DNA of 57,077 nt from an uncultured Syntrophobacter sp. (GCA_964539925.1 CAZILB010000003.1:2032-59108), one strand, 5' to 3'. Positions 30,493-40,366 are shown, counted from the stretch's first letter. A program made the numbers and translations. The notes: a model not told the origin generated them from the letters alone.

Positions 30493-30535
30493 ATGGCGGG
30501 GCAACTCCGGCGGAGTTGCCCCGCCATTTTTGTTT
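30493..30535 (+). terminator. Rho-independent terminator after lpdA
   Basis: 16-bp perfect stem ATGGCGGGGCAACTCC/GGAGTTGCCCCGCCAT followed by TTTTGTTT. Confidence 0.85.
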
Positions 30536-30761
30536 GCGATGCGTGATCCGGGCTTGCAATCCGCACAAAAGGCGCCGATCGAATCATCCATGTCGGAGAC
30601 GCGCCCGCCGCGTCTGTCCCCGGGTTTGGTTTTTAGTCCTCCCCGATTCCTGTCAATTTCCCCTTGGAATTGAGCGCAGAACTGTGGCAGATTGACCCCT
30701 AGCGGGAAAACGGGTATTCGCCGCACGGCGGACTTTACGGCCGGAATCGCGAGGTGTCGTT

Positions 30762-31922
30762 TTGATCAACCACGAACGATTGAAAAATCTTCTCATCGAG
30801 CTTATCAAAATCGACAGTCTGTCGCGCAAAGAACGCGACGTGGCCATGCGTCTCAAGCGCGAACTGGAAGACTTGGGAGCGACGGTTTTCATCGATGACG
30901 CGGGCGAAAAGATCGGTGGCAACGTCGGTAATCTCATCGCTCATTTTCGTGGCACGGCGGCCGATACCAAGCCGCTCCTGCTTTCCGCCCATATGGATAC
31001 GGTGGTGCCCGGGGAAGGTATCGTGCCGGTACTGGACGGCGATATCCTGCGCAGCGACGGCCGCACGGTTCTCGGGGGCGACGACAAGAGCGGAGTCGCG
31101 ATCATCTGCGAAGTGTTGCGCGTGATGAAGGAGAATCGTCTTCCCTGCAGCGACATCGACGTGGTCTTCACCATCTGTGAGGAAGCCGGCTTAATCGGCG
31201 CAAAATGCCTCGACGTGGGCAGACTGCGTGCGCGCACCGGACTGGTTCTCGACAGTGATTCGGTGGGATACTTATTCACCAGGGCGCCGGCGGCCAATCG
31301 CATGGAGTTCCATGTCCATGGCCTGGAAGCCCATGCCGGAGTTTGTCCAGAGAAAGGCATCAATGCGATCAAGGTCGCTGCCGAGGGTATTGCGCAAATG
31401 CAACTGGGCCGTATCGATTTTGAAACCACCGCCAACATCGGGGTCGTCGAAGGCGGCATGGCGGTCAACATCGTGCCTAACCGGGTGGTTCTCCGGGGCG
31501 AATCACGCAGCCACAGTCAGGAAAAACTCGATCGTCAGACATGGCACATGCAGAGTTGCCTGGAAGAAGCCGCGGCGCGCCATGTATTGGAGTTGAACGG
31601 CAAACGACATCAGGCTCGAGTCGAAGCAAAGATCGCACGCGATTACGACCGAATGGACGTCCCGGAAAGCGCTCCGATCGTCCAATTGGTGCACGCCGCG
31701 GCGAACAATTTGAATCTGGAAGTTAAAACCACCGCGACGGGCGGCGGCTGCGACGCCAACGTGTTCAATCAGAAAGGGCTGGTGGTGGCCAATCTCGCCA
31801 CCGGAATGCGCGAAATCCACACGGTTCACGAATGGCTTGATCTGAAGGACCTGCAACTTTCCGCGCAGATGGTCCTGGAAATCGCCAAGCTCAATGCCAA
31901 CACCGCAACGGGAATCCGGTAA
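30762..31922 (+). CDS. M20 family metallopeptidase (peptidase T-like)
   Basis: SAHMDTV, GGDDKSG, CEEAG, GGCDAN, IHT. Confidence 0.9.
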   Translation: MINHERLKNLLIELIKIDSLSRKERDVAMRLKRELEDLGATVFIDDAGEKIGGNVGNLIAHFRGTAADTKPLLLSAHMDTVVPGEGIVPVLDGDILRSDGRTVLGGDDKSGVAIICEVLRVMKENRLPCSDIDVVFTICEEAGLIGAKCLDVGRLRARTGLVLDSDSVGYLFTRAPAANRMEFHVHGLEAHAGVCPEKGINAIKVAAEGIAQMQLGRIDFETTANIGVVEGGMAVNIVPNRVVLRGESRSHSQEKLDRQTWHMQSCLEEAAARHVLELNGKRHQARVEAKIARDYDRMDVPESAPIVQLVHAAANNLNLEVKTTATGGGCDANVFNQKGLVVANLATGMREIHTVHEWLDLKDLQLSAQMVLEIAKLNANTATGIR

Positions 31923-32008
31923 AACAGAAGGGGCGAGCAGTCGCCGGTTTAAATCGTACCCCGAAACCACTACGCTTCGCCCGCGGCCTAAATTTTATAG
32001 TTAAGACT

Positions 32009-33454
32009 ATGCAAGCGGAAGAAATCGGCCTGCTGTTAAAGCAAGAGCGCGGGCAGTTTCTTGAATTTATCAGCGCAATTGAATATCGCCGGGGTGCCGG
32101 CCAAAGGAAGCGCGAGGAAGACCTGGCTCGCGAGATCGTGCGGATTTTATCAGGCATGGCCAACGCCGACGGCGGCACGATATTGGTCGGCGTCGAACCC
32201 GATAAGAGCGTTACCGGGATTCCCTACGATCACGACGAGCTCCAAAGCGTCATTCAAGCGCCGCAAAATCTCCTGCGTCCCCGCTTGGGAGCTTCGGTTG
32301 AGAAAGTTCGTCTTGGCAATCTCCAACTGCTCAAGTTCGAGGTTGCTTCCGGCTTGGAAATTCATCGAATCGCCGGCGGTCGATCGTTTTACCGGCTCGG
32401 CGCAGAAACGCCTTCGCTTCCCGCCGAGCAAATCCAATCTCTCAAAGAATCGAAAAAGTCGGTCTTCTACGAGCGCCAGCAGATGTTAAATGCCACCTGG
32501 TACGACCTCGATCACGACCTCGTGCGAAGCTTTGCGAACAAAGTACAGGATGGCAAAGATCCCCAGAGTCTCCTTACGGAGAGTTACCACCTTCTCGACC
32601 ACTCGCGCGGCCTTCCCTGCCCGAATTTGGCCGCCCTGCTTTTGTTCGCCAAAGACCCGACTCGCTGGCACCCTCGCGCCGGCATCGATTTCGTCAAATA
32701 CGATGGCACCGAGCGCCGACACGGCAGCTCTCTCAACGTCGTCAAGCGCATTCGCTTCGAGGCGCCCCTCGCCCGCCTCGTCGATGAAGCGGTAGGCCGA
32801 ATCAAAGAGCATATCCGCGAACGCACCATCCTGCACGATCTGTTCTTTCGCGAGCGGCTGGAATATCCAACATTTGCGTGGCAGGAGGCCGTGGTGAACG
32901 CCGTCGCGCACCGCGATTACGCGCTCACCGGCGCATCCATTGAGGTCTGGATGTTTGACGATCATATCACCGTGCGCAGCCCGGGGTTGCCGCCGCCGCC
33001 CGTCACGCTGGAGCAGCTCCGACAACAAAAAAGCCTTCACTTTTCGCGCAATCCGCTAATCGTCCGCACTCTGGCCGACCTCGGCTACCTGCGCGAGATG
33101 GGCGAAGGCGTGCCGCGCATCTATCAGGAGATGGAGACCTACGGCCTTAACCCGCCAGAGTTGTCCGCCGAGGGGTTCGTTTTTTCAGTCACCTTGCGTA
33201 ACGCGCCGATCTACGACGAAGCCACCTTGTTGTGGCTGAACCAGTTTAGCGGCTCGCAGATCAGCTTGCGCCAGCGGCGGCTGCTCGCTTACGCCTACTG
33301 TCACGGCAAGACTTTTTCGACCACGGAATACGAGCGGATCGCCGAAGTGGACCGAGACACCGCTTATCGGGACATTCGCGCCATGGTCAAAACCGGTATC
33401 GTCGTACCGCTGAAACCAAAGAGCCGGAGTTATCGGATCATCGAGAGGTTATGA
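32009..33454 (+). CDS. Schlafen/AlbA_2 domain + HATPase_c_4 (RecG-C-like) + C-terminal wHTH protein
   Basis: MANADGGTILVGV (AlbA_2), EAVVNAVAHRDY..SPG..SRNPLI..EMGEG (HATPase_c_4), RDTAYRDI (HTH). Confidence 0.85.
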   Translation: MQAEEIGLLLKQERGQFLEFISAIEYRRGAGQRKREEDLAREIVRILSGMANADGGTILVGVEPDKSVTGIPYDHDELQSVIQAPQNLLRPRLGASVEKVRLGNLQLLKFEVASGLEIHRIAGGRSFYRLGAETPSLPAEQIQSLKESKKSVFYERQQMLNATWYDLDHDLVRSFANKVQDGKDPQSLLTESYHLLDHSRGLPCPNLAALLLFAKDPTRWHPRAGIDFVKYDGTERRHGSSLNVVKRIRFEAPLARLVDEAVGRIKEHIRERTILHDLFFRERLEYPTFAWQEAVVNAVAHRDYALTGASIEVWMFDDHITVRSPGLPPPPVTLEQLRQQKSLHFSRNPLIVRTLADLGYLREMGEGVPRIYQEMETYGLNPPELSAEGFVFSVTLRNAPIYDEATLLWLNQFSGSQISLRQRRLLAYAYCHGKTFSTTEYERIAEVDRDTAYRDIRAMVKTGIVVPLKPKSRSYRIIERL

Positions 33455-33557
33455 CTCGCCGTGCGGTTTTAACGCCTGCGCTCCAAAGCTCATTTCGCCC
33501 CCCTTGGCCGACTCTCCGGACGGACTCCGGGATAAATCTTTTTTCGAGCCTTCGAAT

Positions 33558-34547
33558 ATGAACTTCTGCCAGCTCATGAGCCTCGCCAGCGGCCACGTCG
33601 AAGCGCGCATCGTGCAAACGGCGGTGGAGTTATCCATCTTCGACAGCTTGGAGCGGCTTTCGCGCACCGCCGTTGACGTCGCGAAAACCCTGAAGCTCGA
33701 ACCCCAAGCCGCCGAATTGCTGCTGAACGCCCTCGCCGCTCTGGCGCTGCTCGACAAACAGGCCGATTGTTTCGCTCTGACGGAGACCGCAAGAATCTAT
33801 CTGCTCAAAAGCTCGCCGCAATACCTCGGCGACATGATCCGTTTCGAATCTTCGCTGTGGCATTGCTGGGAGCGGCTGGCGCAGGCCGTTCGCACCGGAC
33901 AACCCGTCCGCCCGGCTGACATGTACCAGAACGACGGCGCCGAGACCGAAACTTTCATTAACGCCATGGACTCGCTGGTCAAGGCGCGCGGCGATACGGA
34001 GATCCTGGCGCGAGCGCTCGATTGGCACGGCGTCGACGACTTGCTCGATGTCGGCTCGGGCCCGGCCACTTACCCCATCGCGCTTTGCCAGCGTTATCCC
34101 AAGCTGCGCGCGAAAATTTTCGATCTGCCGGCCACGCTGGAGATAACCGAGCGCTTCGTCCGTGAAGCCGGCATGGCGAACCGAATCGAGTTGATTGCCG
34201 GCGACTATCGGCGCGATACGATTACGGGAAGCTACGACGCGATTTTTTTATCGAACATCATTCACGGCGAAAATTTTGCAGGCAACGCGAAATTGATCGA
34301 GAAGTTGGCGGCCAACCTGAGGCCGTCGGGCCGGTTGATCATCAAAGACCATATCCTCGACCAAAGCCGGGCCAATCCGGCGGTGGGCGCCATTTTTAGC
34401 CTGCTCATGCTCCTCACCACCGACGGCGGGCGTTGCTACAGCTTCGCCGAGATCAATGGCTGGATGGAACGAGCGGGTTTGTCGCGGGTGCGCCAAATCG
34501 AACTGCCGCCTCCCCTTAATTCATCGTTGGTAATCGGCGAAAAGTAG
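33558..34547 (+). CDS. O-methyltransferase (dimerisation domain + Methyltransf_2)
   Basis: TAVELSIFD, LLDVGSGP, FDLP, AGDY, LSNIIH; start at ATG 33558. Confidence 0.88.
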   Translation: MNFCQLMSLASGHVEARIVQTAVELSIFDSLERLSRTAVDVAKTLKLEPQAAELLLNALAALALLDKQADCFALTETARIYLLKSSPQYLGDMIRFESSLWHCWERLAQAVRTGQPVRPADMYQNDGAETETFINAMDSLVKARGDTEILARALDWHGVDDLLDVGSGPATYPIALCQRYPKLRAKIFDLPATLEITERFVREAGMANRIELIAGDYRRDTITGSYDAIFLSNIIHGENFAGNAKLIEKLAANLRPSGRLIIKDHILDQSRANPAVGAIFSLLMLLTTDGGRCYSFAEINGWMERAGLSRVRQIELPPPLNSSLVIGEK

Positions 34548-34732
34548 CCGCCTCTCGGGCGCGCATCGCGGACTTTAATCCGGCCGATCAACGCCCGGTC
34601 GAGTCAATGCAGAACCGAGAAATCCTACTTCCATAAGCGGTTCGAGGCGCGGTGGCGAGCAGGCGGGAGTCCACTTCGCTAAAATTTGTGCTAGAGTAAG
34701 GACCAGTTCATGGCAAAGGAAGGGGTTTCGCC

Positions 34733-35041
34733 ATCGACGAGCTAGAGCAGAAAGCCCGAGAGCAAGCGGTCATCGAGAATCTCAAACCGGCGTGCATTTG
34801 CAACAAAATTCGCAAAGGCACCGTCGCCAAAGCGATTCAAGCCGGCGCCAAGACCTTCGAGCAAGTCAGTAAGCGCACCGGCGTCGGAACCGGCCCCTGC
34901 GGCGGCCGCCGCTGCGGCTCTCTGGTTCGCGGGATGCTGGGCGAGCCCGTAACGAAGTGCCGGGATTGCGGCTGGCCGGTCCTGGTCAACGCTTCACCAG
35001 CGGTCTGCCCGCGCTGCGAATATGCTAAACAAGAAGCCTGA
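34733..35041 (+). CDS. BFD-like [2Fe-2S] protein fused to a Zn ribbon; no canonical start codon (ATC start inferred)
   Basis: Not in the ORF track. Hand translation: (I)DELEQKAREQAVIENLKPACICNKIRKG..TGVGTGPCGGRRC..KCRDCGWP..VCPRC; in-frame TAA upstream; AAGGAAGGGG 7 nt before ATC. Confidence 0.75.
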   Translation: MDELEQKAREQAVIENLKPACICNKIRKGTVAKAIQAGAKTFEQVSKRTGVGTGPCGGRRCGSLVRGMLGEPVTKCRDCGWPVLVNASPAVCPRCEYAKQEA

Positions 35042-35134
35042 GCACGCCCATGATCGCTGTTTCAATTGTGGCCCGCACACGGACCGTTAACTACCCCTAA
35101 CGAACCCGTCCGAGCCAATTCCCATAATATTGCT

Positions 35135-35497
35135 ATGGTCATTCGTATCGCATCGGTGGTTGTGAGCCTCGCCGGAGTGTTCGCGCTTATTACCGGCGTC
35201 CTCTTCTGGACCGGGCACGCTTTGAATCTGATTTCTATGCACATGCTGCTCGGTTTCGTGACGGTCGCCGGCCTCTGGGTTGCCGCTGTCGGCCAGGCTT
35301 TTGCACGGGGAGGCAGCTGGGTCCTCGCGCTTGTCGCTCTGGTCATTGGCGCCGCCACGCTCTACGTCGGGCTATACCAGACAACGCTTAAAATCGGCGA
35401 CTTTCGCTGGCTCATTCAGGTGCTCCACCTCGTTCTCGGCATCCTCACCATCGGCCTCAGCCACATGGCCGCCGCGCGCTACCGAAGAGGTCTTTAG
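35135..35497 (+). CDS. Small four-TM membrane protein with His residues
   Basis: Hydrophobic; ITGVLFW..SMHMLLG..QVLHLVLG..SH. Confidence 0.75.
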   Translation: MVIRIASVVVSLAGVFALITGVLFWTGHALNLISMHMLLGFVTVAGLWVAAVGQAFARGGSWVLALVALVIGAATLYVGLYQTTLKIGDFRWLIQVLHLVLGILTIGLSHMAAARYRRGL

Positions 35498-35647
35498 TAG
35501 CCTGATCGGGTGCGTGACCCGGGCTCAAAAATCGACTGACGTTGCAGTCCCGGACACGAAAGCTGAGCGAGCGAATCCGACCGGCGGGACAAAGCTTCGA
35601 TGTGTGCCGCCTACCGGGTGATAAGCGGAGAGTCGTTTTCCGACTGC

Positions 35648-35692
35648 TTGAACGACTGGAACGATTTAAACTTTTGGAACGAACGGAACCCG
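35648..35692. repeat. Degenerate 9-bp tandem repeat, 5 units
   Basis: TTGAACGAC TGGAACGAT TTAAACTTT TGGAACGAA CGGAACCCG, immediately 3' of tenA. Confidence 0.7.
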
Positions 35693-35696
35693 TTTA

Positions 35697-36368
35697 TTAA
35701 ACCGGCCAACTCTCCAGGCGATAGGCCTGCTCCCAAAACAACAGCTCGTAGCGGCTGCTCAAAATGAAATGTTCGGCCATTCGTCTCCTTTCGCTCGCTT
35801 TGGCTTCGGCGCCGAGCTTGTCCATGAGCAGAATCTGCTCGCGCACGGGTTTCCAGAACTCGTTCGAAGCGTAGGTCTCGATCCACTCGCGGTAGATTTT
35901 CGGTTTTTTTGGCCGGTTTCGGTAAAGGCGCCGTCCGGTCTCGCCATAGATCCAGTAACAAGGGAGAACCGCCGCGACCAACTCGCCCAAGCTGGCGCCC
36001 CGCGCCACCGACTGCAGGTGGCCGATGTAGCCCTGCGTCACCGGTCCCTTCGGCACCGCGTCCAACTCGGCGCGAGAGAGGCCGAGCGACTTGCCATAGC
36101 CGGCGTGAAAACTCCGCTCCACCTCCACCGCGCCGAGCGCGTGACGGCAAAACAATTCGAGAGTCTCGAGGTTTGGCGCCTTGGCGCCGCCCTGGCAGAG
36201 CACCTGGGCGAAATCGAGCAGGTACACGTAGTCTTGCAGGATAAAATAGGTGAAACGGTTCAGCGGCAGGGTCCCGGCGTAGAGTTCGCGCAGGAATGGA
36301 TGGTCGCCGATTGCCCGCCAAACGCGCTCCGAGCGGGCCCGCAGTTGAGCGCTAAATTTTTTCGCCAT
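35697..36368 (-). CDS. tenA: Thiaminase II / aminopyrimidine aminohydrolase (TenA_C)
   Basis: HPF, QDYVYL, catalytic VLPCYWIY, YREWIETY, YELLFW. Confidence 0.93.
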   Translation of the reverse strand: MAKKFSAQLRARSERVWRAIGDHPFLRELYAGTLPLNRFTYFILQDYVYLLDFAQVLCQGGAKAPNLETLELFCRHALGAVEVERSFHAGYGKSLGLSRAELDAVPKGPVTQGYIGHLQSVARGASLGELVAAVLPCYWIYGETGRRLYRNRPKKPKIYREWIETYASNEFWKPVREQILLMDKLGAEAKASERRRMAEHFILSSRYELLFWEQAYRLESWPV

Positions 36369-36521
36369 GGCCCAGAACTAACCAATTATCCAGCTTAAGA
36401 AAAGAGCAACTCCGGCCGCTTCACCCGTGCACGCGCGCCGCGAGGAAGCCGTCGAAACAGACCTTGCCAAGTTTCCCTATCCGCAATAAAGTCTGGGGCA
36501 AGACAAAGCAGGAGGTGATTT

Positions 36522-37550
36522 GTGCGGAACTTGAAACTGGTCATGTCATTTGTCCTGGTACTGCTGACCGTTGTGACCGCCTCCGCCGGCGCCTTCGCCG
36601 CGGCCATCGACGAACTCATCGCGGGAGCGAAAAAAGAGGGCACGCTCGAACTCTATGCACCGTCCACTTTGACTCCTGAAGGCGCGCAACGCTTGGGACA
36701 AGCCTTCAACAAGCGGTACGGCCTCAACCTGCGGGTAAACTTTACTCCCGCCGGCGCCATGACCCGCGACGTCGGCAAAGTCGTCAGCATTGCCGCCACC
36801 GGACAGCCTCAAGACTGGGACGTCATGCTGATCCACGACGCCGGCCACGCGACCCTGTGGTTAAAGAAAATGCACCAGCCGTACGATTACGCGAAGGTCG
36901 GTGTTCCCTCCGACGCGATTCAATACGACCGGGGCACGGTGATCTTAGCCAATCAATTCGTCCTGCCGGCATACAACAAGCAAATTTTGCCGGCGAAGGA
37001 CGTGCCGAAGAGCTGGCAGGATCTGCTCGACCCGAAATGGAAAGGCGGCAAGCTGGGGATGTCCACCGCCACCCACCATATCGCGCGACTGGCGACGATC
37101 TGGGGAGAAAACAAGGCGACTGAATACGTCAAGGCGCTGGCCGCGCAGCAGCCGATTTTGGGCCCGCTCGGAACCATCTACAGCAGGCTACAGTTGGGGG
37201 AAGTCCAGATTGCGATTACGCTGACGGACAGTTTCGTGCATCAAGCCAAAGTCGCCGGTGCGCCGATCGTACACGCCGAAGAAGTCTCGCCGGTAATTTC
37301 TCCTGCCTACAACGTCGGCGTGCTTAGAGGTGCGCGCCACCCTAATGCTGGACACCTGTTCTCGGCATTTCTCATCTCTCCGCAGGCCCAAGCCATCCTG
37401 GAAAAGTTCGGCGGCCACACGTCGGCACTCGTCCCTGGGACACCGGCGTATAAGTATATCCAGGGCAAGGATGTGATTTTTATGAAACAGGAGCAGGCAG
37501 AAATGGTCGACCACCTCACCAGGGTCTACGGCAAGATCTTCGGCTTTTGA
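36522..37550 (+). CDS. Orphan ABC transporter substrate-binding protein (Fe3+/thiamine-type SBP family)
   Basis: Signal peptide, AKKEG, AYN, PKSWQDLLDPKWKGG, ARHPNAG..Q. Confidence 0.87.
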   Translation: MRNLKLVMSFVLVLLTVVTASAGAFAAAIDELIAGAKKEGTLELYAPSTLTPEGAQRLGQAFNKRYGLNLRVNFTPAGAMTRDVGKVVSIAATGQPQDWDVMLIHDAGHATLWLKKMHQPYDYAKVGVPSDAIQYDRGTVILANQFVLPAYNKQILPAKDVPKSWQDLLDPKWKGGKLGMSTATHHIARLATIWGENKATEYVKALAAQQPILGPLGTIYSRLQLGEVQIAITLTDSFVHQAKVAGAPIVHAEEVSPVISPAYNVGVLRGARHPNAGHLFSAFLISPQAQAILEKFGGHTSALVPGTPAYKYIQGKDVIFMKQEQAEMVDHLTRVYGKIFGF

Positions 37551-37609
37551 CGGATGCGGCGGAAAAACCGACGCACGGAGGATACGATTATGGCTGGCCG
37601 ACTGAAATA

Positions 37610-38008
37610 TCAATCCGACTCAATCACGGCGGTCGCGTTTATTTCCAGAAGCAATTCCGGCCGCGCCAACGCGACGACCTGGACCATCGTGCTGGTCGGA
37701 AAATCGGGACCGAGAAGTTCTCGCCGGACCTCGTTGATATCGCGGTGGTAGCGTACATCGGTGGTGAATACATTTGTGGCGACGATATCGTTCAGGGTGC
37801 CGCCGACGGCTTCGACGGCGCGTTGAATTTTCCCGATGATATAACGCGTTTGGGCGCGCACGTCGCCGATGCCGACGACATTGCCCTGAGGATCCGAGGC
37901 TGTTTGCCCGGCGATAAACACCAGTCGTCCGGGTTGAGCCATGTTGACCAATGAATAACTGCCGCGCGGCACTGGCAACCCGTCGGGGTTCATTGCCACT
38001 TTGCCCAT
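37610..38008 (-). CDS. Rid (YjgF/YER057c/UK114) family protein
   Basis: SYS, FIAGQ, AQT, PTST, LLEINA. Confidence 0.88.
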   Translation of the reverse strand: MGKVAMNPDGLPVPRGSYSLVNMAQPGRLVFIAGQTASDPQGNVVGIGDVRAQTRYIIGKIQRAVEAVGGTLNDIVATNVFTTDVRYHRDINEVRRELLGPDFPTSTMVQVVALARPELLLEINATAVIESD

Positions 38009-38238
38009 TGGATCTTCCTCCTTATGGCGAGACTTTGCGAATACTCCCTTTCATAGTTCCCTGCGGCTTAACGGGGCCGGCTGGCTCGCCGCGATCCGGG
38101 TTATTTAGAACTAGAACACTCATTCGCTCGATTCAAACCGAATCGAAGGTCTCCCAGTGAATTTCAATTGGTTCGCGCCAATTGCGGCTCGCGAATGAAC
38201 CGCGCGCGCCGACACGACAATAGCCACGATGCGCTCGC

Positions 38239-39189
38239 CTATCGCCGGAAGTCGGGATCCATCGCGTAACCCTTCGAGAGCGATCCCGCCGAGTCGATCT
38301 CACCAAGAAACTCTCTTACCGCTTTCCAAAACTCGTCGCGCCGCTCGATACCGTAATGGCGCGCACCCGTCAAAGTCATGGTTCGTTGCGGTCCGCCCCA
38401 AGCCCGCGCCAGCGCGACGCCGCGTTCCGTGGGGGTGATGTCGTCGTTCTCGGCGAGAACGATCAGCGCCGGCACATTGATACTCGGCGCGATCGCCGCG
38501 GCGTCGTAGCGGCCGGCGAGAATCAACCCCGTCGGTAACCAGGGAAAGCGTTCTTTAGCGAGCGCGGCTATGCTGTCGAAGGGCGTGGCCAGGATGACCC
38601 CCCGGAGAGGCCGTTTGTTCGCCAGGGCAACCGTGAAGTAAGTTCCCAGGCTCCGGCCGAGCCCCACGATATTCGCCGGATCCACGTCGGGCCGCGAGAC
38701 GGCGTAGTCATAGATGAGTCGCGCGTCCTGCACCACCACCTGCTCGGAGGGTTGGCCCTCGGATAGGCCGAAACCGCGATAATTGACATACAACCAGCCC
38801 CAGCGTTCGGGCTTTTCGCCGCGCTCGATCATCCAGGAGGTTTCCCGGCGCGCGCCGCCGAAGACAATGACCAACGGGAAGCGCTCGCCGCCGCGGTAGG
38901 CTTGCGGACGTTTCAGCCAGCCGTGGAGCGCGACGCCGTCCGGCGTCTTAAGTCGAATCTCCTCGATCCCGTCCCCCCGTGACACCACGGATGCGAGATA
39001 AGCCGTACTGGGAGGATTCCAAGGCCGAAACAGATATCGTTGTTCGATAGGCTGTAAAATCGCGCTGCAGCCGGCAGCGAGCACAAGAGCGGCGCCTGCA
39101 AGGATGAAAATCGCCAGCCTGATTACAAACGAGCCCTGTATCGACGCGCCCAAGTTTACTCCCGAATCGGTTTGAATTGCGCGTATCAT
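38239..39189 (-). CDS. Alpha/beta hydrolase, probable lipoprotein (start uncertain)
   Basis: LAAGC lipobox, NYRGFGLSEG, GRSLG nucleophile elbow, ENDD, RH. Confidence 0.82.
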   Translation of the reverse strand: MIRAIQTDSGVNLGASIQGSFVIRLAIFILAGAALVLAAGCSAILQPIEQRYLFRPWNPPSTAYLASVVSRGDGIEEIRLKTPDGVALHGWLKRPQAYRGGERFPLVIVFGGARRETSWMIERGEKPERWGWLYVNYRGFGLSEGQPSEQVVVQDARLIYDYAVSRPDVDPANIVGLGRSLGTYFTVALANKRPLRGVILATPFDSIAALAKERFPWLPTGLILAGRYDAAAIAPSINVPALIVLAENDDITPTERGVALARAWGGPQRTMTLTGARHYGIERRDEFWKAVREFLGEIDSAGSLSKGYAMDPDFRR

Positions 39190-39383
39190 GGCGGGTGCTT
39201 GGGTCGGCAAATTAGGCTTAACCGAAATTTCGACGCGATTCAAATTATTTAGGCCATGACGGCGGTTTGGTTTACAACACATAACGCCTTACACAGTCGG
39301 CATTCTCACTCGGTTCCATTTTGGGCCGATGCATAGCCTTTGGGAGAAGGCATCCGGTGAATTCTAACTCGCTCATTGCCGAG

Positions 39384-40076
39384 CTAGAATCGTTCCGACC
39401 AAGGGCGCAGCTCAATGTAAGACGCCCAGGCGCTGCGGTGCTGGCGGTGGAGCTGGAGATAAGTCTGAGCAATCTCATCCGGATGCAAGAAGCCGTCGGC
39501 ACCCCTTTCGGGAGAGCGCCCGGCCTTGGCAATACCGCCGTCGATAACCACCTGAGCCACGTGAATATTCTTCGGCTGCAGCTCGCGCGCCATGCTTTGA
39601 ACCAAACCGGTCAAACCCATTTTGCCCATGGCGAAGGCCGCCGAGTTGGCAAACCCTTTGATGCTCGCCGAAGCGCCGGTAAAAAGAATCGTGCCCCTGC
39701 CGGCTTCGAGCATCCGTTTGGCGGCTCCCTGGCCGACGAGAAATCCGCCGTAGCAAGTGATCATAATAGTCTTGCGCGTCTCTTCAGGATCGAGTTCCGC
39801 GAGCGGCCCGCGCACCCGCCCGCTGGCATTGTAGACGACGAGATTGGGTTCGCCGATCTCTTTGCCCACCGAGCCAAACAGCTTTTCCACATCGGCGGGG
39901 CTGCTCGCGTCGCACGGATAGGCACGGCTGCCTGTTTCTTTGACCAGGTCGTCCAGCTTGCGGATGTCGCGCGCCGCCAACGCCACCTTCAGGCCCTCTT
40001 TGGCAAAATGCCTCGCCAGGGACGCGCTCAGCCCCGCTCCGGCGCCGACGATCAGTGCAGTTTCTTGTTGTGCCAT
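39384..40076 (-). CDS. SDR family oxidoreductase
   Basis: GAGAGLS, YNA, FTGASAS, ARELQP. Confidence 0.9.
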   Translation of the reverse strand: MAQQETALIVGAGAGLSASLARHFAKEGLKVALAARDIRKLDDLVKETGSRAYPCDASSPADVEKLFGSVGKEIGEPNLVVYNASGRVRGPLAELDPEETRKTIMITCYGGFLVGQGAAKRMLEAGRGTILFTGASASIKGFANSAAFAMGKMGLTGLVQSMARELQPKNIHVAQVVIDGGIAKAGRSPERGADGFLHPDEIAQTYLQLHRQHRSAWASYIELRPWSERF

Positions 40077-40366
40077 GACGATCCTCCAACGGCCGGATTT
40101 CAACGCAGGTTGCGGCTGTCAATGAGCTAAAACGGACCCCACAAAATACGATCCGGTAAACGGTAAGAATTCGCTGAACAGCGGATAGCCGCATGGAAAT
40201 TGCGAAGCGGTGACAATGACAAATGCCGCGGGGAAATAGCGCCAATTGGCGCCATGTGATTGTCGATTCATCCGTCTATCGTTTCCTTTCTTAAAACCAT
40301 GCCTGGCCGCTTTTGGGTTTCGAATCGGGCCCAGGGCAGGGGTAGAAGGCTGCCCAGGAAACGCTG

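Noticed and set aside
30316-30726. Minus-strand ORF containing CADC
   Set aside because: Overlaps lpdA and runs through its terminator; no family resemblance
35648-35692. CRISPR array
   Set aside because: Units are 9 bp and contiguous, with no spacers and no cas genes
36369-36521. TPP riboswitch upstream of tenA or the SBP
   Set aside because: No CTGAGA or related THI-box core on either strand
38131-39177. 15-bp imperfect inverted repeat (ATTCAAACCGAATCG / CGAATCGGTTTGAAT) around the hydrolase, as TIRs or an invertible segment
   Set aside because: No recombinase or transposase and no target duplication; one copy may lie inside the CDS; could be chance
40119-40271. Roughly 50-codon minus-strand ORF between the ferritin-like gene and the SDR
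   Set aside because: Poor RBS spacing, atypical codon use and no motif
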